Under the pieces are notes generated by a model. The model made no database searches, was not told the origin of the DNA, and worked only from the letters and a program-made list of their open reading frames with translations. From NCBI GenBank assembly GCA_003344405.1, contig NOWV01000003.1, forward strand, positions 496,001 to 560,000: a stretch of 64,000 nt of DNA, in the 5' to 3' direction. Of this stretch, positions 49,124 to 61,811 are shown one piece after another (position 1 is the stretch's first letter; every line of letters starts with the position of its first letter). Both the position numbers and the translations under genes were made by a program. The stretch is from Trichoplax sp. H2. Lineage: Eukaryota.

Positions 49124-52100
49124 TCACATCTTTCGTTTTCTCTTACGTTGTAAAATAACTTTCAAGTTTTCGTATCTACCAGTTGGTTCAGCAACTTCAC
49201 CTGCACCTGGGAAAGCTTCCCATGAATTACTATTATTAATAGAACTTCGCTCGGTGCTCTCGGTTTCTTCAGTTAATTCGTCGACATTATCTGTATCATT
49301 GGGTATGTTATCTTGATTAAGAATAGATGATTCTTTCATTTCTACATCAGTGGCAGTAATTATGGATGCATTTTCTGTATTTTCTAGCAATTTTTCTCGT
49401 TCTTCATACTTTTTCTTTCCATTTTCGTCTTTAACGAGATAAACACAATCTTAGTACACGTTACATTATTCAATTTAAGAACGTAAAAATTATATCCATT
49501 GTATAAAGCGAGATACCGCAACAAGAATCTTCATTTATTATTTCGTCTGCAGATTTTTCGCTGGAACTATCGTTACTTTCGTTGCAAGTCAAATTAACAT
49601 TTGATTGCTAAATAAGTTTATACAAAGTGAGTCAACGTTTCGATATTGGTATATTTACATGAAAATTAAATAAAAACCTACCCGCATAAATTCTAAGTTT
49701 ACAGGAACTGACGGCTGATACAAGAGTATCATTTCTGGAGTGCTATTTGATTTTTCTAATCTCTAAATGTAATAAATCTTAGCTTTAATTTAAAAATTTA
49801 TTAGAACATCTCCTTTACTATTGCTTTAACGGTATTAATTGTCGTATTAAGAGTAAACCTAATTAGCAAGTAGGTCAAATAAAACGTACACTCAACGGAT
49901 TCAAAGGGAGTGGTACGTTAAGACCAGGAAATTCTAATTCGAAACAGCATTCTTCTACGTAAATCAAATAAATAAGTTATCCAAGAAATACCCAAAATTT
50001 GCGGAGTTGGATCGTTAAAAAATTTTCTATTATGCATGTGCTATAATAATAGTAGTACTAGCGTTCTTTACGACCTGGTCCATAATCTGGTTGTGAGTCC
50101 ATTTCTAATTAAATTTATATGGTAAGTATCAGTCATCTTGAATGTTATGCAATCTCATCATTATTTTCACTACCTTGACCATCTTCATGATACAATTTAA
50201 GTTCTGCTGATCCACCTCTGATCCTAACGTAATCTAAAGGATAACCTAACTCTCTCATTCGATATAAGTAAGGAGGAATTTCATTTTGTTCGATACCTAA
50301 AGCTTCTCTTAACTCATCACTAGAAGATATAATTAATAGAAACTGTGAGCATCATCCTTACCGAAGTTAATACGCTTTCTTCATTTTACCTGACTGAAGC
50401 AGGATCCATTTCTGTAAATTCTCTTATACTTTCATTAACTGAACGGTGGTACCTAGGTAAATTATGATAATAAGGTACGAGTTTACACAATTACATCATA
50501 CACAATTTAGAACGGCCAGAAATGCCTGTACAACACTACCTAGTTGTGGAATTCCTAGAATCTATTCCATGACTTTCTTTATATTCTTTACGTTTTCTAC
50601 TTACTCTATACAAGTCTACCGGCTGATCCATCATTTTTTAACATTTAGCAGACATTACTTTTCAGCGAGCACGTCATATATTTAACAAAAGATTTTAAGA
50701 TCATATAATCTAAGTTACCAAAGGACAATCTGCAAGGCAGTGATTGCCGTCGCAATTAAAACATTCTATTTTCCTGAAAAAGTGTATATTAAAAGTATTA
50801 GAGTCACTCCTTCGAAATATCATGTATTCAAAAAATTATTTAAGTGGCTCTCCAAGGCTGCTTACGGTTTTTTCTCTGTGATATTTTCATTGTTTTCATC
50901 TAGTACGTTGAAGCTAGATTGAGAATAGCTGGAAAGTTATCTCGTTAAAGTAATTGCATGAAATTAAAATGTCTATTACCGATACTACTGTTCGTAAATT
51001 GATTAAAAATTATGGTCATCATTCTTAATAACTTTAAGTAGCTATAATGATGCAACTTAATAACTGGTTGGATACGCAGGCTTGTTGATGGAACGGTATG
51101 CTGAATTACAAATAGCCGTAGAACTATTTGTATCAGATACATAGTACTTGTAAAATAGTAATTCCTGTGTGTCCTGACAAAATTGATAATCTCATCAATT
51201 TGAAAGAAAGCATTTTGACAATAAGAAGTACTCACCTGTAAACAGTCAGAATGATCACTTTCGTCAGAATCACTATTTTCTTGTTCTCGAGTGTCGTTTT
51301 TGGCTATTTGATCCTCATCATTCTTAATGACGAAAATTTCGAAAATTATTGAATGAATGTATTACAGCGCTAGTTCGGCATAGAAGATACTTTATAGCTT
51401 CCCTATAAACTATAGCACTTTCATTTAATTAAAACATAGTAATACTTACACCATCTTTTAATAAATTACTAGAGATATAATTAGCTAGCATTCCTTCAAT
51501 TTCTTTCTGCTTTGTTCTACAGCATGAGGAAAATAGGTATTTTATTTCATAAGCAAAACAATATCTTGATTATGTTCTGCATGGATACAATATACAGTAA
51601 TACTTCAACAATTGTCAAGATTAGAAAATTGCACACCGCAGAGTCTACGCCAAAACGGGAAGCTACGTAGAACAGACGGTAATAAGAACCAGCATGCGTT
51701 TCATTCTAATATCAATTGCAAAGTAGACCTAAACAGATTCCTAGACTAGACTAAGTCCAACAATTTACGGTATACTTATAAACACGCGTACTATCGGCTC
51801 AACTTTCTACATACTTTATAAGAAGCCTTACTACACTTAGATGAAGTTGCTGTACTATCTAGGAGCTTCTTTTTTTAAGTGACGGGATCTAATGAGCACT
51901 AGGATTGACTATCCTACTTGAAGTATAAGCAATTTCTTATAGTCGCATACGCTTATAAATAGCAGGTCGCTGGTTCAAACCAGAATGCCATATACCAGTG
52001 CTCCATACAATCCTATTGTTGATTGTTTAATACTTTGCATCTTCAATTATAGCAATATTATACTTATGACTATAATCGAACATTTTAGACATTTGGACTA

Positions 52101-52555
52101 TGCTAAATTTTTGCACATATACGTCTTGTAGACGCTATCATACGCGTATAAATCACTTACTATACCGCATAGATAAGGTAAAATCAAAAATAGTCAGAGT
52201 ATCCTTTCAATTTCGTAAAAATTGCATGTGTTAAAACTTACTCCGTAATGCAATCGCTGAAGAACTGAACTTTCATGATTGGTGATAGCTGAGTTGTTTG
52301 ATATTTCTTCAAACGTAGAAACTGATACGGTTCATAACTATAACGGTAAAGAAATGTTGTTAGCCATTACTTAGTCTGCAGTGGAGAAATACAGCAAAAT
52401 GATAACTCGATATCTTAAATACGCGTAAAAATTTAACTTCGCAAGGTATGAAGCAGAGCTAGTCAACTTCAATCTTTTTCTAAATTTGTTGCAGTAAGCA
52501 CAAGTAAATTGACATAGCGGATCGAACGATCTTAAGTTAACCTAATATACCTCAT
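49124..52555 (-). CDS. ZCCHC8: Zinc-knuckle/PSP protein ZCCHC8 (NEXT complex); start codon uncertain
   Basis: Exons give SPIMKVQFFSDCITE|TKQKEIEG, the zinc knuckle CFNCDGNHCLADCP, the PSP domain DELREALGIEQNEIPPYLYRMRELGYP, ELEFPGLNVPLP, and the C-terminal AEPTGRYENLKVIL...*. Confidence 0.85.
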
Positions 52556-52680
52556 GATTAGCAATTGCTTGTAGCTGTTTCAATAAAGCTCTAGCAGGTT
52601 CGTGCACACTTTTGTAGTTTCGCAATAAAGGTAAATTCCTCGGTATAATTTCCTAGTACTGTAACAAGCAGTTGCACGTC

Positions 52681-53100
52681 ATACTGTACTGTACTGTACA
52701 GTACTATCTTGACAATATACTGTACTGTATCAAGATTCAATGATCATAAAATACCCGTACTGTACTGTACGTACAGTATAGTACAGTACAGTATACTGAG
52801 TTCGAGTGTGAACATTCAGTGTACTGTACTCTACAGTGTACAGTACAGTGGTGAAGTGCGTACTGTACAGTACTGTACAGTAATGACTATTGTACTGTAC
52901 TGTAACTTACAGTACTGTACTGTACAGAGTGATTATTGTACAGTACTGTAATTGATTACTGTACTGTACAGTACTGTATTACTGTAACTTACTGTACAGT
53001 AGTACTGTACTGTACACTGTACAGTACAACCAGAATTCTACCGGAGAAAAGTTAGTGTACAGTACTGTACTGTACCGTACAGTACAGTACTTACAGTGTA
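52681..53100. repeat. (GTACW)n array in the ZCCHC8/RNF10 divergent promoter
   Basis: Dense tactgtactgtacagtac units. Confidence 0.95.
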
Positions 53101-53533
53101 GCCTCATCTCACTGGCCTGCCTAATAAGCCATTCCAAGCAATCCGCAGCAGTCTGCAGTCTGTCTGCATCGATCCAAGCTATCTTTCATTTCAGTCGTTG
53201 TTTCACCTTATGAGTGTTGCTGCTGCTGGAAAGCTTCCGGCAAAAGGTTTATTAAATCGTACAAATCTTTGCGGTCAAGAATTTAGTTTCTTTACAACTA
53301 AATTCTGCTTCCTTTCCAACCCCTTTTATTGATATCCATTCTTTCCTCATAACGTGTAATCTTACACAACGTATATATACATATTTTTACATTTTATCAT
53401 TTCCACCATGGACTCTGGTTATTCGTATTAAGTTAAAAATTAGTCATGCATAGTAATAATACAATTCAAAGTTTCTCTTCAAATTTAAAACTTGGTTCTA
53501 TTAATAAACAATTTTTGGTGCGTCTCGTCAAAA

Positions 53534-56500
53534 ATGACTCAAAACGCGGACGATTCAACAGCGGTGGAATGCTTGCTATCAAGCAACGAAGGTATGAAAG
53601 AACAAATTCTTTAAAGTTGTATGTACAGTATATACGCATTTTTACAATAGTAACCCTAGTATACCAAGATTCTAATCTTTATTAACTTAAATTACTTGAA
53701 TCTACGTATGGATCCTCTTATTGTTCTGATTGCTCAATGCTGTATGCCTTTGATAAAGCTCTGAAATAGAGATAAATTAAAAAAAATGTGCTTTACGCTC
53801 GAATACTGTAGTCGGTCAGCGCAGTGATCGAAAGAAGTCCTGTATTTTATTATCATACTGTACAGTACATGTGATCGTATTACTTGTACAGTACATAATA
53901 CTATACTGTATACTGTAAGTCGCTGGTGCATAACTGTTTATTCAATGTTCGTGTATTACTAACAGTAAATAAATTACAATTCAACAGAAATAGCGATATG
54001 AATGTAAAAATCAGTAGGTTAGGTGGGAATTTTTTTCACAAATTACCAAGATTAAGTACTAAGTATCTTTATTAAATCAAAAGTTTTTAATCTTTCTTCA
54101 ACATATCCTTACTTCGTCATGCTATGATATATTAATTCTCAATCTCTATATCACGCTATTATCATAAATTTATATTTTGTGATTCAAGAAATATATTGTA
54201 TATAACGCTTAAGGAATTATCTGGATTTAGTATTAGCGAACAATCTATTATTGCAATAAAATGGAGTTCTACAAAAGTTAGCGCTAGATATATAATAAGA
54301 CGTAATTAAGATGGATTTTATTTGTATTCCCTACATCACTGAGATGGAGAATACAAGAAAGATAGTCAATTGTCCATTGACTCTGCCGGACCATTTTGCA
54401 CTCCGCTAGCTAATCGATCTGCCGTTGGAACACCGATTGATAATCGGAAGGAAGAAAAGGTCAAAACTCGCAAAAATCAAAGGGTATATTCAGACCAGTT
54501 TTAAATTTTGGTTTGAAGGTAATGGTATTGAGAACTGAAACACTTTATCTATTTATGTAGTTCGACCTAACTAGGGATGTACCTCGGGAAAGAGGGCGGA
54601 AGAAGGCTGGGCAATCAATAAACCATTTGCTTAATTTTACAATATCATCTGAAGATTATCCAACGGATACTCACGGTCATCATCGCAGAAATCCAAAATA
54701 TCGCGTTTCTACTTTTAATAAGGAACAATATTTGCAAGCTAAGTGAGTATTCTAATAATGCCTGGTAAAGGCGAGCTACTTACCCTATAGATTGGTCATG
54801 TTTCTAAGCAGAGGATTCTATAAGAACGACAAAATATTTTGACAGCACAAATTTTTTTGTAGCTGCCAATTCTTAGTTCGCGCCGATGGTGATTACGCAC
54901 TTCACAACATTGATCCTGATGTTCTCGTCCAATGGGATAACATCGAACAAGTAGTAAGCCATGGTTAAGCTGTATCGCTGACGTTTTAATAGTATTATTT
55001 AAAACTATTAAACAAAATGCTTGAGCATACATATCCAACTTTTTTGGTATTTGTATAAGAATGTAGCAATTCTGTAGCATGATTATTTATTTTGCAATGT
55101 AGCGGCTATGGTGCCATGAACTACCGTCTTGTCCGATTTGTTTGTACCCACCTACCGCTGGTAAAGCATATAATGATATTTTCTAGTTTTTTATTTGAAC
55201 TGGAATTACCTGTTATAAATATCTAAATATGAATACTTTTTCTTTTAGCTAAAATTACCAGATGCGGCCATATTTTCTGCTGGCCTTGTATATTGCATTA
55301 TTTGTCTTTGGTAAGCCAATTATAATAGTTAAAAGTATACGCATGTAATTGGTAGATTTAGTGATTTTAAAACATGTGTTTTCACTTAGACCGAAAAGAG
55401 TTGGAAAAAATGCCCTCTCTGCCAAGAGGCAGTTCATCAAGTAGATTTAAAAAGGTAGATTTAATGTCTATCTACTACTATTACGGTTGTTAGTAATGTG
55501 TTACCTGATCATGACCTTATCTATTTAGTGTAATCAGTATTGCTAAGCATCGCTATGCACTGGGAGAGGATATTACGCTATGTCTAATGCGAAGACGTAA
55601 GGTATCAAACAGAACATTTGCAGCATAAGCACTTTATACCAACTCACGCTATTTTACGAACCGGTTACTACAGGATTCAACCATGGTACAGATAGCATCT
55701 GAATTGGATGATGTTCTGAGAACATCCTATATTGAAGGTATACAGCAAACTGGTGATATATTATTATGATGGAGTGAATAAAGTCTTTAGAGTGATAAAA
55801 TGTCTCAATTATTGAGAGAAATACGCTTATGGCTGCAGCTACCTTTGATTGATAAGCTATTTTAAACCGTATTCTAGATTATCGGGAAACATTTTCGAAG
55901 CTAATTTTAATAACAACCGATCAAGTTATTAAAAGGGTAATTTCACAATATGAGATAGTTTATAAAATTCAAAAGCGGTAAACATTATGCACTAATCAAC
56001 TACATATTATACATGTATTCAGATAATTCAAGAAGAAGAAAGGATTCTTAGAGAAACTTTGGGTAGCACTGTCTGTCTTGAGGTCTATAAATTATTAGTT
56101 TCTATAAAATTTTATCAAAAAGCGAAAATTTATTGCATTCTGTACTACTTTACACGTGATAGCTATATAGGTATTTATTGCTGTATGCTACTTTATTTAT
56201 TTATTTATTAATAGGTATTTACACGTATTTTCTTGCTGTAGGTGGAAGAACTCACATACATCAACCGAGCCTTAGATCTACTCCAGGTTAACTGCTTTCT
56301 ATAATGTATTTTGCTGCTCTCTTTAGTTGTTGAACATACTTCTGTGTGTAAATCACTTACCCGTGGATGTACTCTATGTAATCGCATTGTTGCTTGCTAT
56401 TGTAAATCCGTAGGTTCGAAAGAAGCAACTTACGGAAATTGACAGTATTTGTGTTGATGAAGTGGAGCACTCAAAGAACACATCTTTAAATACTCAGGTT

Positions 56501-58929
56501 AATACACAGAATTTTAATTTAATATCAGCATGCAAACTTTATCTCTTAAATTTATTGAATATTGAATTTGTAACTTAAAAGTATTTTAAATTAATGTCTC
56601 GTACGTTAGGATGCTAAAAGCACACACACAAACGCAAGTGCTGCCAAAGTCAACCACCAAGATGTCTTACAGAGAATTTCTGATGAGCCAAACGATATCG
56701 GAAGTGCCGTGTAAGTATCGAGAATGTTACATTCGTATTATATAGGGAGTGATACTTAATGTCATAACATTACCGTAATGATATTTACAGCAGTTTTTTA
56801 ATGTGTGACCTGTATAGATAATTAAAGTAATTTTCTTTAGTAGTAGCGATAAATTAGCAATGGCTCAACCACCTTACGAACCTCCGGATAACTCCTACTA
56901 CCTATATCAGGGTTAGATATATTGTTATCTTTAAGTGGGATTAGGTCTTAAATAAGCACTATGATTAATAATCATGAAAAACTATTACTTATTTCTCTTA
57001 GCAAAGGACGGCCAACATATCTACTTGCATACATTTAATGCGAAGTGTTTAATTAAGGTATTAAGTTTTCTTTAGCAATGCTATTGAGAAGGTATACGAG
57101 TTGCAATACTGATATACCAATTGTTAATCGTTTTAATTAGGAATATGGTAGCCTTAAAAATGCTCCTAGAATGCTTACCGCTAGAATTGTAGACATCGAG
57201 CAATTTTCAGTGACCGAAGTATAAATACCGAACTCTATTTCGCATCTTAAAGTTATTAAATTGAATCTAGCGATTAAATGATAATTTTGATCTTAGGAAT
57301 TTCGCAGTAGAAATCGCTACCTAAGACATTTGCCACTGACATGTATGGTATACATTTGTGAACTTGATCTAAGGCAACCTACTCTTTCAAGGCCTATTCT
57401 GCAGACATTTTCAAGTACGTATAGATTTATCATATTTGATTGTCTTCATAGTACCTTAGCGATATATTTTCGTTTTAAATTAAGCATCTTATTGAATATA
57501 TTGTATGCAATTCAAGGAGAAATACGTCAGCGCAAGGAACGACGACGGAAGAAATTGTTAGCCGAGAAACGCTGTTTTACCAATAAACTTAAAGGTTATT
57601 ATTAGCGGAGATTTTCATGACAGCACTTCAATTATGTATATGATCGAACTACTCTATCACCTGTGTCACTTTACAGATAAAACAGTACCACCTCCCAATA
57701 CACTTGAAAGCTTTCCTTCCATGGGATTTGTCTTGACAGGTGCTACCGCTACGTTGTCTATCTCAACTGAACCTGTCGAAGAACCAGCTCCTGAAGGTAT
57801 TTCTTTATGAAAAGGGGCGATATTCTGGATGTATCATACTGTGATATACTGTACTTATGGTTAAGTGGACTTGTCATGCTGTGTATTTTAAGATTTGTTG
57901 CTTGTAGTAATTCACAGCACCTGATCGATCATTCTTCGTTACATTTCTGGAATATTACTTTGATCTCATCTTGATAAGCTTATAATTAAATACGACGTAT
58001 TTCATTGAAATCTTATCAGGGCTTGGTTTTTCATTAAACTGTAATACATATTATAAAGTAGATTTCTTTTTACTATTGCTGCATATATCTTCGTAGTCAT
58101 GTCAAATTTTAGATTTAACTTCTTTTATCTTGGCATCCTTTTATTAATTTTAGTATTGAATATTTGATTATATTTATTAGAATCAATCGACTCACAATCG
58201 AGTTCATGTTACGATGCGAAGAATATTGGTACGAATGATTTTACTAAATAGTTAGGCTGATTCAATTCTATTGATATTTGTATAATGAACAAGCGGTTTA
58301 AATTAATATACCTATATAGGTAGTGAATCAGAATCGTGCCGTAATTTAGATGTACAGCCTTCATTCGCTCAGGTAGTTCCTTACAGAAAATTTCCTTTAT
58401 GTATCAGAGCTTATTACGCTTGTGGTTTATACAGGCTCTTCTCAGTAATGTAAAATCTTCCGGTAATGATTTAAGTTCGGCCAACGTTCCCGAGTTTAAG
58501 GGTAAGTAAATATGGCTTATGTCTAAATGGCTTTGCCTTCTAAATATATAGTTCATATGAAGTATGTAAATCTAAAAAATTTTAGCTAGTAACCAGATAA
58601 AAATTTTCAATAGATGCATTAAGAAAGAATGAGAAGATACCTTTCAAGTTAAATGACGATTCAGATAATGATATAAATCCTATACCTTCTTACCGCGAGT
58701 CATTTATGAACTCTTTGTCTAACAATTGGGGCGTTAATCGCGAATTACGACCATTAGAAGGTAATAACAGTAGCTATAGATCAGAATTACTGGGCCATTT
58801 ATTACGATTCGACTTTTAAATCTACGTAATTATTTCGTCATTTCAGATTCTCTTAAGATTACTGGAAAAAAGAAGAAAGGCGGAAAAAAGTTACTTTTTT
58901 CCAATAGCAACCACTTAAGATATAGTTGA
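53534..58929 (+). CDS. RNF10: RING-finger E3 ligase RNF10; start codon uncertain
   Basis: SINHLLNFT...[15 protein letters not shown]...[14 protein letters not shown], the C3HC4 [33 protein letters not shown]...[33 protein letters not shown], and the C-terminal [13 protein letters not shown]. Stop TGA at 58927-58929. Confidence 0.93.
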
Positions 58930-59889
58930 ATCACAATTTTTAGACATTGACTCTACTGTCGAAAGGTATATGATGTGTTCGAGTGTGCTGCTAATGCATC
59001 TGAACTTTTCTGGTCTCTTAGTACGCTTTTTGAATTGCCATTAACTTAAAACATACAGATAGGGTTTAACACCTTAGATTTATCAAATTATTACACAGTT
59101 TATCAACTCGATTGATGCAGTTAGGGTGTAGTACTTTTTGAAGATCTGAAATATTTAATCTAACTTTAAGGATTAGGATTATTTTACGCGCCTATTAATC
59201 ACAACCCTTAATTCGCAATACTGTAGATGCCAACATTGTGTTATATTCGTATTTCGCTAGTCATTCAATAATTATAGTGATCATATTTTTTGTTGCTGAT
59301 TTGTTTCTGAAATTGTAATTTGTGCAGTACAGTATGTGAATCTTATGATTGATTACTCGCTGGTACTTTTTTTATGCTCTATTTACTAATTGCTATATTA
59401 CAAGACTGACAAGTAAAGTAACTTAGCTTTTTAAATACTGACCGCCAACGCTCTTACAAAAAGTAAATACATCGAATAGGTTACCTAAAATTCGCGCAGC
59501 CATCGAAGCGTTTATCGTAAAAGCCAATTACACAAAGGAAATATTTAGTCAACTCTTATATATATGGACAAAATGCTCATCATAGATTGATTATTCGTCA
59601 TGGGTGCGCTTACAGTTTATACGATTAAGATTTTTCCATTTAATAAACGTACTAAATTTGTATATTCAGTTTCTATTTCTTAACAATTATTAATTAATTA
59701 ATAAAATACCCTGAAGTTCTCTTATAAATGCAACGGGCACACTAAACGAAACAAACGTGATTCGTAATAAAAACTTTCTGAATTAATAATTCAGCCGCAT
59801 TACTTTCTTACCAAGTACTGTTATTAAAATTAAATTTTAAGCAAAGTAATAATAGTAATTATAGTTTCTAACTGTAACTCGAGGGCAAA

Positions 59890-60740
59890 CGTACTGAGCA
59901 GTGCAGTCGCTCCATAGAGTTTTCACCCCTTTAAGTGCTAACAAGTATTACCAATTGTACTGTGCATTGGTCAACCGTCTTCTACACCCATTTAAATTCC
60001 TTGTCAAATACAGTACTGTATACTGTAGTGTACTGTACAGTACAGTATCACGCGTGGGGATTCTACAAACTTGTAGTTACAGTTACCGTACTGTACTGTG
60101 CAATCAACAACAGGATTGTCTGTATGGAGCACTGCTGTACAGTACAGTACAGTACAGTATTTGTACTGCACAGTGTACAGTACAAATTGTGAGTTCTCTA
60201 CAGTACCTAGTAGGCTAGTACAGTACTTTACGTCACGGTACTGTACTGTACTGTAGTAGTGTATGGGAGTGACAAATAGTGCGTGAACCTCGAAAAACTG
60301 GTTCAGCCCTTTCAATAATAAAATCTATTGATTTTTTATTTAAAGTAATTGATATGATTTACCCTACTGTTAATTAATTGCATCTTTTCATAATGCATAG
60401 ATTCGCTCGGTTGTGAATTTCATTGAAGATTGAGACGAAATCAGTCTACTGTACTGTATAATATACAGTATACTGTACAGTACGGTATACAGTACAGTAC
60501 TGTATTGTGCCTGCACCACACAGACTTACTGTACTCTGAAGTCTGAACTGTATGTACTATGACATTCGTATGAGATACCCTTGTACAGTACTGTGTAGTA
60601 CAGTACAGTATACAGTAGTAGGGTACTGTGCATTGTACAGTACAGTACTGTACAGGAAGGTACGGTGCACTTGTGACTGTGTACAGTACAGTATAATGAT
60701 AGGATCAATAATGATCTACTGTACTGTAGACTACACTGTC
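59890..60740. repeat. (GTACW)n arrays upstream of the CLIP-like gene
   Basis: Two dense patches at about 60010-60255 and 60445-60740. Confidence 0.9.
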
Positions 60741-61465
60741 AAGTGTCCAACTCGTAAACGTGTACCTTGTCTCAAAAAGTAAGATAGTCAAAACGAAATT
60801 TTATAGCTAACCAGCCCGCATCGACCTATTGGGGAATCCCTAAAAAATTTCAAGTTAGTACTATATCACGTTAACTTAGCGGTAATGATCCAATCACTAA
60901 TGTATAGTGCCATCTATAATATCTCGTATATACGTATTTTGCTTAGATGAAGTTTAGTAAATTATATTCGAAGACGAAATTCTTAAGAAATTGAACACTA
61001 TTTTTTTACCTTATGATTTATAAACTTGTACAGTATCAGTATTACTACATTCATCGAACCAAAAATGCGAACCTGCTGCTTCATTATGTGTTTCTGAAGT
61101 TACTACTGCAATAATTGCGTTTACTTCTTATTTTAAAACTTGCCTTTGGTAGAGATTGAAATACTATAGTAAATTGATTCCATCTTATACCAATTACGGG
61201 AAGAGCATATTGTAAATGGTACAGTATTTACCTCCTCACGTTTAAATCTTCAAATACACGTACCGTAAATTGAAACATAACGTACTTTCTTTATTATAAA
61301 GATTATGCTAGTTTTCAATTGATGTACTGCGCTATACGCTAGTTGTAAATCAGAATAAGATCAATGCAAAACATTTTACAGATTTTATCTGTTTATTCCG
61401 CCAGAAGAATCAGATAGCAGTCATGTCAGTCATCAATCTTGAAAATGATACTCTACATAGTCACT

Positions 61466-61612
61466 ACTACAGTACCACTGTCAACTGTACAGTACTTGCT
61501 GTACGTACTCTACTGTACAGTACTGTACCATACTGCACATACAGTACAGTATACTGTACACTGTACAGTACTATAACATTTGATTTTAGTCTGTTGATAA
61601 TTATGTACAGTA
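61466..61612. repeat. (GTACW)n tract about 200 bp upstream of the CLIP-like ATG
   Basis: tactgtacagtactgtacc...cagtacagtatactgtacactgtacagtac. Confidence 0.9.
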
Positions 61613-61811
61613 TTATTATAATAATTATCTAGGCTTAATTACACTACTGTATTATTAAGTCTTGGCATATAGGCACTTTTTCGACGTTAAAAATTCAAGT
61701 TTAAAATTAAACGGATTGCGAAGTATCTTCAGTGCATTACGATTTTAATTAAGAAACATCGACTGTTGCTAATCGCTAAATTTTTAATCGTTCTCCTTTA
61801 TTCGGAGTAGG

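Noticed and set aside
51578..51706. Possible extra ZCCHC8 exon with a GTATCCAT donor
   Set aside because: Exon 52337-52242 splices in phase directly to the exon at 51517 and restores the conserved sequence, so this stretch appears intronic.
51960..51985. AGGTCGCTGGTTCAAACCAG, resembling a tRNA T-arm/B-box
   Set aside because: No acceptor stem, D-arm or anticodon arm can be built around it.
52199..52207. Perfect U12 donor GTATCCTTT on the + strand
   Set aside because: It lies antisense inside a ZCCHC8 intron, with no + strand exon to serve.
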